A stretch of DNA of 64,000 bases from Capsulimonadales bacterium (GTDB taxonomy: Bacteria > Armatimonadota > Armatimonadia > Armatimonadales > Armatimonadaceae): the NCBI GenBank assembly GCA_033762295.1, contig JANRLW010000057.1, forward strand, positions 1-64,000, given 5' to 3'. The notes beneath the pieces were generated by a model. That model saw nothing but the letters and a program-made list of their open reading frames with translations, made no database searches and was not told where the DNA came from. Made by a program: the position numbers and the translations under genes. Numbering within the stretch: position 1 is the first letter of the stretch; each line of letters begins with the position of its first letter. Positions 30,210 through 39,653 of this stretch are shown piece after piece.

Positions 30210-31345
30210 GCGGGACGTCTCCCTTCCCCGGCAAACCGCCGGACAACCTCCGTCACCGCCTGATAGGTGACCTCGATCCCGAACCGTCGCAGCGCGATTT
30301 CCCGGGCGAGCCGGCTCATCTGCCGTCGTGTTTCCGGCTGTTCCAGGCAGGTATCGAGCGCGGCGCGAAACCCGTCAAAATCCCTCGGGTCGAAAAGGTA
30401 CCCCGTTTTCCCCTCCTGCACCACCTCCGGAATGGCGGCCACGCGCGAGGCGACGATCGGCAGACCCGAGGCCATCGCTTCCAGCGTCACCAGCGGCAGG
30501 CAGTCCGCGAAGGTCGGCAGGACGAAGAGGTCGCTGCTCCGGAAAAGGTCGACGAGAAAATCGCTGTTGTTCTGAATATTGTTGTGGATGATCACCCCGG
30601 CGGGCGGGTCCGGTACGTTTTCGCGGGTGACGATATGCAGTTCCCAGGGGACGCTCGTTCGCGTCTCGCGCGCCCAGCGCAACAGGGTCTCCCCGCCTTT
30701 GCGCACGAAATCGCCTCCGACAAAAAGCAGGCGCACCGGTCCCGCATCGGGGTTATCGGCACGATTTCCCGGTGCGAACCGCTGCGTACTGACACCGGGC
30801 GGGATCACGGTCACCTTTTCCGGTCGAATGCCGTACTCCTCACAGACCGCGCTTTTCGCCCATTCGGACCAGGAGACAATGTGCACGGCATTCTGCAGGG
30901 CGCGATGCAGCAGACGCCGTTTCAACTGGCTCTTTTCCATGAGAGCCATTTTCACCCGTTGCGCGACGCCCGGATTCTCCGGCACCTTGAAAAACGGTTG
31001 ATTCAGCTCGAACCACTGGCGGGGGGTCGCATCCAGCGAAACGATCGTCGGCACCTGCCGCATCAGCGAGCCGCTGAACAGCGCCGCCGCAAGCGTGTGG
31101 ACGAACGCAACATCCAGTTCGCGCGTCAACCGGGACAGTTCGCTTCGCCCGTCCAGCCCTACCTGCATCATGACATCGCCCCGGAAATAGGGCACCCGCT
31201 TCCAGAAGGATTCGGGCAGCGGAACGAACGCGTAAACGGGATCGATACCGGTCGTGGAGGCAAGAAACTCCTTCAGGTTCATAGCATGCGTCTTATGCCC
31301 GAGTACCTGCTCCATAATAAACCCGGCACGGATCGTTTCTGTCAT
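30206..31345 (-). CDS. Glycosyltransferase family 4
   Basis: FVGGDFVRKG, DLFVLPT..D....TLEAMASGLPIV. Confidence 0.92.
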   Translation of the reverse strand: MTETIRAGFIMEQVLGHKTHAMNLKEFLASTTGIDPVYAFVPLPESFWKRVPYFRGDVMMQVGLDGRSELSRLTRELDVAFVHTLAAALFSGSLMRQVPTIVSLDATPRQWFELNQPFFKVPENPGVAQRVKMALMEKSQLKRRLLHRALQNAVHIVSWSEWAKSAVCEEYGIRPEKVTVIPPGVSTQRFAPGNRADNPDAGPVRLLFVGGDFVRKGGETLLRWARETRTSVPWELHIVTRENVPDPPAGVIIHNNIQNNSDFLVDLFRSSDLFVLPTFADCLPLVTLEAMASGLPIVASRVAAIPEVVQEGKTGYLFDPRDFDGFRAALDTCLEQPETRRQMSRLAREIALRRFGIEVTYQAVTEVVRRFAGEGRRPA

Positions 31346-31378
31346 TTCCTTCCCCTTCACCGCATCCGACACGCTCCC

Positions 31379-32341
31379 CTACTTTCGGATCATCTGCTGC
31401 GCCCGGGACGATACCTTTTCGGAGAAGTAGGCGGGCAACGACGACAGGTTGAACATCATCCGCTCCCGCTGGTACTGTGCCGCCGACGCCCGGACGTCCT
31501 CCGGCAGAAACCGGCGGGCATAATGGGCATAGGTCGTGTCGGCATACAGCACATAGGCGGGGGTGATCAACCCGGCGCTCAGAAAAGCCGGGGTCAGAAC
31601 CTCCCGATTCCACCAGAGCCGGTTATGCCAGAGGTGGCTCCAGAGATGGAGGCTGTAGACGCCTTCCATGTCGGTATGGTTCTCGAAAAAGATCCGTTTC
31701 AGGTCCGTCGTGGTATAGGAGAGGTGAAAAAAAGATCGCTGCGGTTCGACATGTACCTGGTCGGGATACTGTCGGCTCAGGCGAAACGGCAACAGGGTGG
31801 AGTGGGCGTTCCACGTACCGTCGAACCCGGTTTCCATCTGATCCAGCCATGTTTTCAGGAACGGCGCGTCCGGTTCGCCCATCATCCAGGCATTACAGAG
31901 CGACCCTTCCGACTTTCGCTGCCCGTCCGCGGTGTACTCCGGCGCCTCCTCGCCCATCACAAACGATTTCTCGAAGAGCGATGCCGGAAGCGGGGCGATA
32001 AACAGGGTATCCATATCGGCGTAGACTCCGCCGTAACGGAGCAACATCTCCATCCGGGTGAAGTCCGAAAGGTGGGCGTAACGCCATCCCGCCAGTTCCT
32101 TATTCTGATACTTGTACTCCGCCATGAAACTGTTCGGAGTGATCGGGTTCAGAGTCAGATGCGGTTTGATCCGCTCCCACCACTCCCCCCAGGGTTCGTT
32201 CTGATAGTGGAAATAGATCTTCTCCGGCCGGTTGACATCCAGACACGATTTCAGGCAGAGATAAAAGAGAAGATGGAACGGTTCCGTTTGCGGCCGCAGA
32301 CCGAACACAAAGTGGAAGACATTCGGAACTCGATTTGCCAT
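31379..32341 (-). CDS. DXD-motif glycosyltransferase (GT32-like)
   Basis: VPNVFHFV, AHLSDFTR...YGGVYADMD, LCNA, HLW. Confidence 0.85.
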   Translation of the reverse strand: MANRVPNVFHFVFGLRPQTEPFHLLFYLCLKSCLDVNRPEKIYFHYQNEPWGEWWERIKPHLTLNPITPNSFMAEYKYQNKELAGWRYAHLSDFTRMEMLLRYGGVYADMDTLFIAPLPASLFEKSFVMGEEAPEYTADGQRKSEGSLCNAWMMGEPDAPFLKTWLDQMETGFDGTWNAHSTLLPFRLSRQYPDQVHVEPQRSFFHLSYTTTDLKRIFFENHTDMEGVYSLHLWSHLWHNRLWWNREVLTPAFLSAGLITPAYVLYADTTYAHYARRFLPEDVRASAAQYQRERMMFNLSSLPAYFSEKVSSRAQQMIRK

Positions 32342-32398
32342 TTTTCCTTCCTTCGCGGGGCCGTCGTATTACCTTATGTTACCCGGATCGACGCCACG

Positions 32399-33193
32399 CT
32401 ACACCGTCGCCGGTCCGTCGATCCGGCAGAACACGTACTCCCCCGACCGCACGAGCCGGGTACGATAGGGTTTGAGCGCCTCGAAAAAGACCCGTTCGCA
32501 ATCGGCATCGTGCAGTTCGATGATGATATTCCGTGTCCGCCGAAGCCAATCCTCATACCCCCGGCGAAACAGCACCCTCTCCGAATACTCGATATCGATC
32601 TTCAGCAGATCGATCCGGGGAAATCCGAAATCCGCCATCAGGGTGTCGATATCGACCGCCTCGACATCGGCTTCCTCGCCCGGACGGAGTTCTCGCACCA
32701 TAACCCCCCAGTCGGCCACGCCATCCCGGTCCCGGTCGGATAACTTCAACCCGGTCGCGGTCGGCCAGATTCCCTTTCGCACACAGGCGATCCGGTCCCG
32801 ATAGGGCGCGGTATTCCGCTCCAATGCCCTGCAGTTCCGCGCATCCGGTTCGACCGCAACAATCCGCGCCTCGGGAAAGAGATGGGAAAACAGTACGGAG
32901 GCATAGCCGACGTTCGCACCGCAATCGATCACATAGCGAACGTCGGGGAGGGTGCCGACGATATCGTACTCGCCGAAAAGAAAAATCTGTCCGAACACGC
33001 GGCGATCGCTACTGTTTTCACGGGCAAAGACGGGATGACGCAGGCCCCGCGAATGCAGCGCGTACCACTCCTCCTCCCCGGATTTCCCCCGACCGCCCGG
33101 CCACCGGTTGATCCGGCCTTCCGTTCGAAACTCCAGCGCTCCCAGAATGCCCAGACGCGCGACCATCTTCCGCCAGAAGACCGTATCCATCAC
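32399..33193 (-). CDS. FkbM-family methyltransferase
   Basis: IDCGANVG, VAVEPD, IDLLKIDIE, IIIELH. Confidence 0.92.
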   Translation of the reverse strand: MMDTVFWRKMVARLGILGALEFRTEGRINRWPGGRGKSGEEEWYALHSRGLRHPVFARENSSDRRVFGQIFLFGEYDIVGTLPDVRYVIDCGANVGYASVLFSHLFPEARIVAVEPDARNCRALERNTAPYRDRIACVRKGIWPTATGLKLSDRDRDGVADWGVMVRELRPGEEADVEAVDIDTLMADFGFPRIDLLKIDIEYSERVLFRRGYEDWLRRTRNIIIELHDADCERVFFEALKPYRTRLVRSGEYVFCRIDGPATV

Positions 33194-33203
33194 GCTGCAA
33201 CGA

Positions 33204-34475
33204 TCAGCGGTCGATATCGCCGAGAACGATATCGATCGAACCGATCATCGCGACGACGTCGGCGACCATCCGACCCTCGACCATCTTCGGCAACGCCTGC
33301 AGGTTAAAAAACGACGGTCCCTTGATCTTGACCCGGTACGGCCGGTTCGAGCCGTCGGAAACCACATAATAGGCCTTTTCGCCGCGCGGCCCTTCCACCG
33401 CTCCGATGGCCTCGCCGACCGGGGGATGGTAGCCTTCGGTGAAAAGCTTGAAGTGGTGGATCAGCGCCTCCATCGACGTGTCGAGTTCCTCACGGGGCGG
33501 GGGAGCGATTTTGCGGTCGGAGGTGCGAACCGGCGCCGCCGCGCCCAGGGCATTCACCCGGTCCCAGGCCTGAAGGCAAATCCGGTGCGACTGCCGTAAC
33601 TCCTCCATCCGGACGCGGTAACGGTCGTAGACGTCCCCGTAAGTGCCGACGGCGATATCGAAATCGAACTCCTCGTAGCGGCTATACGGGTTGGCCTTGC
33701 GCAGGTCGAGGGCCACGCCGGAGGCCCGCAGGCTCGGTCCCGCCATGCCGAACGAGATCGCCTCCTCCGGTGTCAGAATACCGATGCCGCGCGTTCGCTC
33801 GATCCAGATCGGATTGTTCGTCAGCAGCGTCTCGTACATTTCGATCCGGGGCGGGAAGTACCCGAGGAACTCCTTGCAACGTTCCATCCATCCGGTCGGC
33901 GGTTGACCGCGCAGACCGCCCGGACAGATCCAGGAGGTTTTGGTGCGGACGCCCGAAAGATGCTCCTTCAGTTCCAGAATGCGATCGCGATCCTGCCACG
34001 TATAGAAGAAGACGCTCATCGCGCCGATATCGAGCGCATGGGTGCCGAGCCAGAGCATATGCGAGGCGATCCGCTCCAGTTCGTTCAGAAGAACGCGCAG
34101 GTACTGGGCCTTCGGCGGGATACTGACATTCATCAGCTTCTCCACCGCCAGCGAGTAGGCCAGATTATTGCAGAGGTTGGAGAGATAGTCCTCGCGGTCG
34201 GTGAGAACCAGCGCCTTGTAATAGGACAGGTTCTCCATCGTCTTCTCGATCCCGGTATGCAGATAGCCGATATGGGGTGTACACTTGACGACCGTCTCGC
34301 CGTCCAGTTCCAGCACCAGGCGGAGAACGCCGTGGGTGGAGGGGTGGGACGGCCCCATGTTGATCGTCATCAGCTCCTGGTCGGCCTCGGCGTCGTAGTA
34401 CCGTTCCAGTTCGATGCCCGCCGGCATTCCCTGCCCGCTCTTGAATTCCGTCGGTTTGGCCAGACTGAGTGTCAT
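33204..34475 (-). CDS. nuoD: NADH-quinone oxidoreductase subunit D
   Basis: NMGPSHPSTHGVLRL, GYLHTGIEK, DIVLGDIDR. Confidence 0.97.
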   Translation of the reverse strand: MTLSLAKPTEFKSGQGMPAGIELERYYDAEADQELMTINMGPSHPSTHGVLRLVLELDGETVVKCTPHIGYLHTGIEKTMENLSYYKALVLTDREDYLSNLCNNLAYSLAVEKLMNVSIPPKAQYLRVLLNELERIASHMLWLGTHALDIGAMSVFFYTWQDRDRILELKEHLSGVRTKTSWICPGGLRGQPPTGWMERCKEFLGYFPPRIEMYETLLTNNPIWIERTRGIGILTPEEAISFGMAGPSLRASGVALDLRKANPYSRYEEFDFDIAVGTYGDVYDRYRVRMEELRQSHRICLQAWDRVNALGAAAPVRTSDRKIAPPPREELDTSMEALIHHFKLFTEGYHPPVGEAIGAVEGPRGEKAYYVVSDGSNRPYRVKIKGPSFFNLQALPKMVEGRMVADVVAMIGSIDIVLGDIDR

Positions 34476-34495
34476 TGGTTTCTCGTTCGTTCGGT

Positions 34496-35161
34496 TTAGT
34501 GCTTGACGCCGATATCGACGCGGGGCGCGCCCGCTCCCTGCGTTTCGGGCTTCTTTTCCTGCTCACGGACGTTGTGCGAGAACTCCACCTCCTCGCCGCC
34601 GAGCGGGAAATCCTTCCGTAACGGATGCCCGACCCAGTCATCCGGCATCAGCAGACGGCGCAGGTCCGGATGGTCGTTGAAGGTGATCCCGAACAGGTCA
34701 TAGATTTCCCGTTCGGGCCAGTTGGCGGCGGGCCAGACACCGGTCACCGTGTCGATCGTCGGGTCGTCCTCGTCCACCTGCGCCTTGATGACGATCCGGC
34801 GGTAGGTGGCGATGGAGTACAGTGAGTAGACCACCTCGAAGCGCGGTTCCCGGTCGAAGCCGTAGAGGTCGATGCCGAGGATGTCGGAGACGAGTTTGTA
34901 AGCGGTCGTCGGATCGTCCCGGAGCAGGGTCAGCATCTCGACGATACGCTCCTTCCGGACCGTGATGAAGTCCTGATCACGATACCGTTTGGCGGCGACG
35001 ATCTCGTCCCCGAAACCGTTGTCGACCAGCAGTTTGAACTCCGGCGAGATATCGGGGTTCAGATTGAACTCCTCCAGCTTCGCCAGATCGCTCTTGAAGG
35101 TCCGGTTGCGAATCGCCAGGTCGGAGCCGGAAAGGCCCAGTCGAACGTCCGTATCTACCAT
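34496..35161 (-). CDS. nuoC: NADH-quinone oxidoreductase subunit C
   Basis: ANWPEREIYDLFGI.F..HPDLRR...GHPLRKDFPL. Confidence 0.96.
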   Translation of the reverse strand: MVDTDVRLGLSGSDLAIRNRTFKSDLAKLEEFNLNPDISPEFKLLVDNGFGDEIVAAKRYRDQDFITVRKERIVEMLTLLRDDPTTAYKLVSDILGIDLYGFDREPRFEVVYSLYSIATYRRIVIKAQVDEDDPTIDTVTGVWPAANWPEREIYDLFGITFNDHPDLRRLLMPDDWVGHPLRKDFPLGGEEVEFSHNVREQEKKPETQGAGAPRVDIGVKH

Positions 35162-35174
35162 AATAGGTTTTCGC

Positions 35175-35663
35175 TTATCTTCGGTAAGAGAACTGCTCGT
35201 TATCGATCTTCTTCTGTAGCTGCATGATCGCGTAGATCAGGGCGTCGGGTGACGGCGGGCAGCCGGGAACGTAAATATCCACCGGGACGATCTGATCGAC
35301 GCCCTGCACCACCGCGTAATTGTTGAAAACGCCGCCGTTGGAGGCGCAGTCTCCCATGGCGATCACCCATTTGGGATCGGGCATCTGGTCGTACACCTGC
35401 CGTAGCACCGGAGCCATCTTCTTGCAGACGCGCCCGGAGACGATCATGACGTCGGCCTGACGCGGGGAGGCGCGAAACGCCTCGGACCCGAAGCGGGCCA
35501 GGTCGAACCGGCTGTCGGTCGAGGCCATCATCTCGATCGCGCAACATGCCAGACCGAACGTCGCCGGCCACAGCGAGTTGCGCCGCGCCCAGTTCACCAG
35601 CTTATTGGCGGAGGCCAGCAGGAATGGCTGCTGTGTCTCCGTTCCCAGGGATGCACCCGCCAT
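35175..35663 (-). CDS. nuoB: NADH-quinone oxidoreductase subunit B
   Basis: [24 protein letters not shown]. Confidence 0.97.
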   Translation of the reverse strand: MAGASLGTETQQPFLLASANKLVNWARRNSLWPATFGLACCAIEMMASTDSRFDLARFGSEAFRASPRQADVMIVSGRVCKKMAPVLRQVYDQMPDPKWVIAMGDCASNGGVFNNYAVVQGVDQIVPVDIYVPGCPPSPDALIYAIMQLQKKIDNEQFSYRR

Positions 35664-35688
35664 TACACCAAACCTCCTTCGAGATCGT

Positions 35689-36081
35689 CTACTCCCACTC
35701 GAACGCGCCCCGCTTCCAAACGTAAAAGTAACCGATGAACAGAATGATGATGAACACCAGCATTTCGAACAGGTTGAACACCATCATCGAACCGCTCGAC
35801 TGATACATCACCGCCCACGGGTACAGAAAGACCGACTCGATATCGAACACGATAAAGAGCATGGCGGTCAGATAGAATTTGATCGGGAATCGTTCGCGGG
35901 CCGAACCGATCGGAGTGACCCCGCATTCATAGGGAGCGTTCTTCTGGGGCGTCGGCCGGCGCGGGCCGAGCACGAAGGACAGCCCGATCAGGGCTCCGAC
36001 CAGAATGATCGCGACAACTCCCATGACGAGAACGGGTATGTAGCTATTGAGCAGCGAGTGGGCCGCAGGCAGCGTTTCCAT
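35689..36081 (-). CDS. nuoA: NADH-quinone oxidoreductase subunit A
   Basis: [19 protein letters not shown], three TM helices. Confidence 0.96.
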   Translation of the reverse strand: METLPAAHSLLNSYIPVLVMGVVAIILVGALIGLSFVLGPRRPTPQKNAPYECGVTPIGSARERFPIKFYLTAMLFIVFDIESVFLYPWAVMYQSSGSMMVFNLFEMLVFIIILFIGYFYVWKRGAFEWE

Positions 36082-36156
36082 AAGTTTCCCGGAACCTGTT
36101 CACCGAGGTGTCCCCGGTCTCCTGCCGCCTCGGCGGCTCCGACCGTGACTCCGACT

Positions 36157-36192
36157 TTGAGAAGTTTATCACAAACCGGGAAAAGCCGTCAA
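36157..36192 (-). promoter_or_regulatory. nuoA promoter with Rex-like operator
   Basis: TTGACG-N18-TAAACT; TTGTGATAAACTTCTCAA (36157-36174) differs from TTGTGAAnnnnTTCACAA at 2 positions. Confidence 0.55.
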
Positions 36193-36401
36193 ACCAGGTC
36201 GTTCTTTCGCTCCTCGCGGGCGAACTCGACCTCCGTTCCCACCCGGAGTTCCGCCCGTGACTCCGGCGCGATCGCCGAAAAGTGCACGAAAACATCCCTG
36301 CGCCGGCCGGTCTCGATGAAGCCGTATCCCTTTTCGGGGTTGAACCACTTCACCTTTCCCCGATACGTCCTGACGGACGTCATTTCCTCTTCCTCAGTCA
36401 T
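36189..36401 (-). CDS. Cold-shock domain protein (C-terminally short)
   Basis: [15 protein letters not shown] (RNP1), DVFVHFSAI (RNP2). Confidence 0.85.
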   Translation of the reverse strand: MTEEEEMTSVRTYRGKVKWFNPEKGYGFIETGRRRDVFVHFSAIAPESRAELRVGTEVEFAREERKNDLV

Positions 36402-36475
36402 TTGCACACGTCCCCCACGCGTTTCGCGGGACTTATCCCGGCCCATTGTACCGCCAATCCGCATTTTCACGGAAC

Positions 36476-37552
36476 CTACGACGAGACGGTTTCGCGATAC
36501 GTTTCGGTCAGCGTCCGTGCGGCGCGGGGACCACCGTCGGTCCGCTCCGGAGGGATCGCGCCGCGCGGGGAAACGGCGTCCAGCGCGGCGCGCCACATCA
36601 CGGTCGAAAACGCTTCCGGCGTCAAAAGGATGCCCCCCGGCCAGACGGAAAGCGTCGCGTGCAGAGCCCGGTACTCGGCAAAGGCGGGACGGGGCGGATA
36701 AAGGAGCGGCGTTCCCGCCCGCAGGCACTCTCCGCAAATGCCGTAGCCCGGCTTGCTGATTACGGCGTCGACCGACGCCACCAGATCGGGATGCGCCATT
36801 CGTTCCCGGCTCAACACCGTCCAGTTCCCCGGAACGATCGGGGGCGGGTCCAGCGAGAGAAAATGCCAGTCGGGAAACGCGGTCACCCGCTCATACTCGA
36901 TCGGCAGTCCCCACCCGCCCACATACACCAGGGCGATCCGACGCTCCCGCGCCTCCGGGGGCAGGAAGGCGAGGAGTTCGTCACGGCGATCAACGCCCGG
37001 ACGGGCGACGACCCCGACCGATAGGGTACACGGGAAGAAGGGCATCGAGAGCGAGAACCCGGGTTCCAGGTGCAGGGTCGCCTTCGCATACTCCTCGGTC
37101 AGTTCGTCGGCGATGGCGGCGAAGCCCGGTTCCTCGGCGGCGAACGCCCGGTAGATGTCGGCCCAGGTGAAGTTGGCGACGCACACGGACGGAATGTCGA
37201 GCGCCGCCGCGACCGTGAGCGGAAACGACGGCACATCGGTCAGGATCAGGCGGGCGTTCCGTTCGCGCAGGTCGGCGACTTCGGTGGCGATCCGTTCGCG
37301 ATTCCGCGCGGCGACGGCATTCCAGGCGGCCAGCGTCGCCGATACGTCGATATCGATCCCGTTTCGCTGAACGCAGCCGACGTCGAACGCCTCGGCGACC
37401 AGATCGAAGGACCGGGCCAGTTCCGTCCGCCAGAAACGTTCCGGCGCGACGGTTTTGACGGTGAGCGGGATTTCCGGCGGAAGGTGCCGCAGAATCTCGA
37501 TTTCGCGAGTGGAATGTCCGAGTCCATGCCCGGAAACATAGGCGATCAGCAT
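36476..37552 (-). CDS. GT-B fold glycosyltransferase-like protein (resembles the L-arabinokinase N-terminal domain)
   Basis: [41 protein letters not shown]. Confidence 0.75.
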   Translation of the reverse strand: MLIAYVSGHGLGHSTREIEILRHLPPEIPLTVKTVAPERFWRTELARSFDLVAEAFDVGCVQRNGIDIDVSATLAAWNAVAARNRERIATEVADLRERNARLILTDVPSFPLTVAAALDIPSVCVANFTWADIYRAFAAEEPGFAAIADELTEEYAKATLHLEPGFSLSMPFFPCTLSVGVVARPGVDRRDELLAFLPPEARERRIALVYVGGWGLPIEYERVTAFPDWHFLSLDPPPIVPGNWTVLSRERMAHPDLVASVDAVISKPGYGICGECLRAGTPLLYPPRPAFAEYRALHATLSVWPGGILLTPEAFSTVMWRAALDAVSPRGAIPPERTDGGPRAARTLTETYRETVSS

Positions 37553-37795
37553 CCCATCCTCCCATAACAAAGGCCGCCCGATCCCCCGGGCGGCCTGTTT
37601 TCCTGACGTCCCCTTACCAGCCGCGCGTGGCCAGCGTCTCGTTCTCGTCGAGCATCCGGATATCGATTCCGACCATCGGTTCGCCGAGGCCGGTGCTGAT
37701 CTCGACCAGCTTATCGAAATCGTTGTAGTAGGTCACCGCATCGACGATACGCTTCGCCCGCTCAGCCGGGTCGCCGGACTTGAAGATCCCGGAGC
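37509..37795. repeat. Direct repeat, left copy (GT gene start + terminator + pdxS 3' end)
   Basis: Aligns with 43181-43467 at offset 5672: 2 mismatches over 37567-37795, 9 over 37509-37566. Confidence 0.95.
37614..37795 (-). pseudogene. pdxS: Duplicated 3' fragment of pdxS (~59 codons)
   Basis: [15 protein letters not shown]...[10 protein letters not shown]; identical to the pdxS C-terminus except K->T. Confidence 0.9.
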
Positions 37796-37912
37796 AATGT
37801 TGGGAACCCGATGCTAACTGCCGAGGCACTGGAGGCCTATGTGGAACTGCATTTATCCCTTGGGCGCGGGGAAAGGGGGACAGTCTTATTGCGGCACAAA
37901 ACGAACACGATA

Positions 37913-37937
37913 GGGAGGGCGAAATGCTCGCCCTCCC
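37913..37937 (-). terminator. Hairpin ending the islet operon
   Basis: GGGAGGGCGA-AATGC-TCGCCCTCCC. Confidence 0.6.
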
Positions 37938-37956
37938 AAACCTTGGTGTGTTATCT

Positions 37957-38778
37957 CTATTTCTGTAAGGTGAGCGTCCCGCTTCCTGTCGCGCCCATTG
38001 CCGAGGCGGTGATCGTCCATGGACCGTCCGCTACCAGTAGCCATGTTACGTTTTGTAAACTAATTCGAGCGTAACCGTCCGCTTCCGTCGTCACTCGCAC
38101 TGTATACTCTTTACCTTGCCTGTTTGGAATGCGAAACGTGACCGTCTTGCCGTTCACTCCCTTGTCTCCGTAAGTCAGGCGGGCTTCCAGACCGACATTG
38201 CCGTAATATTTCACGACGGTGTTGGCGTCGTAAAACACGGCATCCGACACTTCGAGTTTATACTGTTGGTTAGGGATGGACGGGCCGCCGCCTAAGTAAG
38301 TTTGGCGGGAACGGACGGTCATGCGGCTTGTTAAAGTCTTCTTTTTTGTCTGGGGATCGCCGTCATAGATTGCCTGAAGAGGAACCTGCCGCGCGTTGGG
38401 CTTCGCGTTGGGCGTGGTGGCGGGGACAGTGTCTTCCGGGATTTTATAGCGATAACGAATCTGTCCTGTCCCGTCCGTCGGTTCCCGGTTGATTTCCTGC
38501 CCGTCAAAGAGGAGGCGGACGACTTTGTTCGGGATGCCCGAATGCGTTCTGGTATTGGTCAGTAGAATAGTGAACTCGACTTCCTGACCCACTGTTGCCT
38601 TCGTGGGACTCCGCTTCAACTTCAAATGGGTAGTGTCGGGTTTCGACGGGGTCTGAGCGCGACATAGGCCCGCCGTAAGGAACAGGCTCAGGACACACCC
38701 AAGAAACAGCATCGCCCACAGGGCGGTAGGACGCCGACAAGACCAAAGACCAAGGCGGGCGATGACGGAATAGTGCAT
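37957..38778 (-). CDS. Secreted protein with two Ig-like (Big_1-like) beta-sandwich domains
   Basis: Signal peptide; two repeats of the pattern G..V.F...TD/E..G.A ([19 protein letters not shown]). Confidence 0.6.
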   Translation of the reverse strand: MHYSVIARLGLWSCRRPTALWAMLFLGCVLSLFLTAGLCRAQTPSKPDTTHLKLKRSPTKATVGQEVEFTILLTNTRTHSGIPNKVVRLLFDGQEINREPTDGTGQIRYRYKIPEDTVPATTPNAKPNARQVPLQAIYDGDPQTKKKTLTSRMTVRSRQTYLGGGPSIPNQQYKLEVSDAVFYDANTVVKYYGNVGLEARLTYGDKGVNGKTVTFRIPNRQGKEYTVRVTTEADGYARISLQNVTWLLVADGPWTITASAMGATGSGTLTLQK

Positions 38779-38792
38779 CTATTTGTCTCCGT

Positions 38793-39653
38793 TCACTTCT
38801 TTTTTTCTTGTTGGGGCAGCGGCATCGTTGGCCAGAGGACAATAGTACCACTCTTTACCTGAAAGCCCTTTGCAGGACGAACAGTGATTGTCTTGTCGCT
38901 ATGTCCGGTCACTTCCAGCCACAAATCCCTACTGTCGGGAGGCGTTATCGGTGTCGCGGAAGGTTCAACAATCCGGGCGGCGTCCGAACCTTCCCCGGCG
39001 GCGGATGGCGGGAGCAGGGTCAATTTTGTGCCCACCGGTGGCAGGTTTCCCTCGCCGCCCGCCAGAAGGATTTCATCGGTGTCAACGGTCAGGACGACGG
39101 TGGACCAGGGAGTTTCACCGAGAGCCGTCATCGCCTGACGCAAGGCGTTGTCCAGTGCGTCACTGACAGTCTTCCCCGACCCGGAACCGAATGGCCCACC
39201 GATAGTCGAGTTCCACTGCTTCTTTTTCTTTCCGGGATACTCACGTTTCCTATTGAGGTAAGCATCGGCGACGATGATACGAATCGTCGCCTCCGTCTCC
39301 TCGCCATCAAGGAATAGTTTTTTCTTCTTTTTGCTGGTAAATTCGACGAACTCCGCCTCCAGATAGAAGCGCGGGAGGGCACTGGAGAAACCGTGATGCT
39401 TGACGGCGACCGCTTGTGTAGAGACGCCGATTTTCTCCGCTGTCTTCGGGGGAATCACCGCGCTCAGAGCGTTCACGGAAAGGCGGTCACGCAACAGGAC
39501 GGGCAGGTTGAAATCAGCCTGGGTCGCCGGGTCGTCGCGCCGCGCTCGCCGGTGCGAGGGCATCGCGTTCCCAACGCAGAAGCCCATGAACGCCACCAGC
39601 AACGCGACAGCAATGCGATTCCGCAACAACAGGATTTCGTGCGTTCTCATCAT
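38793..39653 (-). CDS. Secreted protein, CsgG/FlgT-like C-terminal domain, paralog of 39650-41173
   Basis: Signal peptide; AVAVK...PRFYLEAEFVEF and WSTVVLTVDTDEILLAGGEG correspond to segments of the neighbour. Confidence 0.55.
   Translation of the reverse strand: MMRTHEILLLRNRIAVALLVAFMGFCVGNAMPSHRRARRDDPATQADFNLPVLLRDRLSVNALSAVIPPKTAEKIGVSTQAVAVKHHGFSSALPRFYLEAEFVEFTSKKKKKLFLDGEETEATIRIIVADAYLNRKREYPGKKKKQWNSTIGGPFGSGSGKTVSDALDNALRQAMTALGETPWSTVVLTVDTDEILLAGGEGNLPPVGTKLTLLPPSAAGEGSDAARIVEPSATPITPPDSRDLWLEVTGHSDKTITVRPAKGFQVKSGTIVLWPTMPLPQQEKKK

Noticed and set aside
36082..36191. Selenocysteine read-through of the cold-shock gene TGA (selA is in the window)
   Set aside because: Downstream frame shows no CSD similarity or convincing SECIS, and the region is better explained as the nuoA promoter
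37811..38074. 87-aa plus-strand ORF at the islet left junction as a possible integrase or excisionase remnant
   Set aside because: No recombinase or HTH motif; overlaps the terminator and the antisense gene
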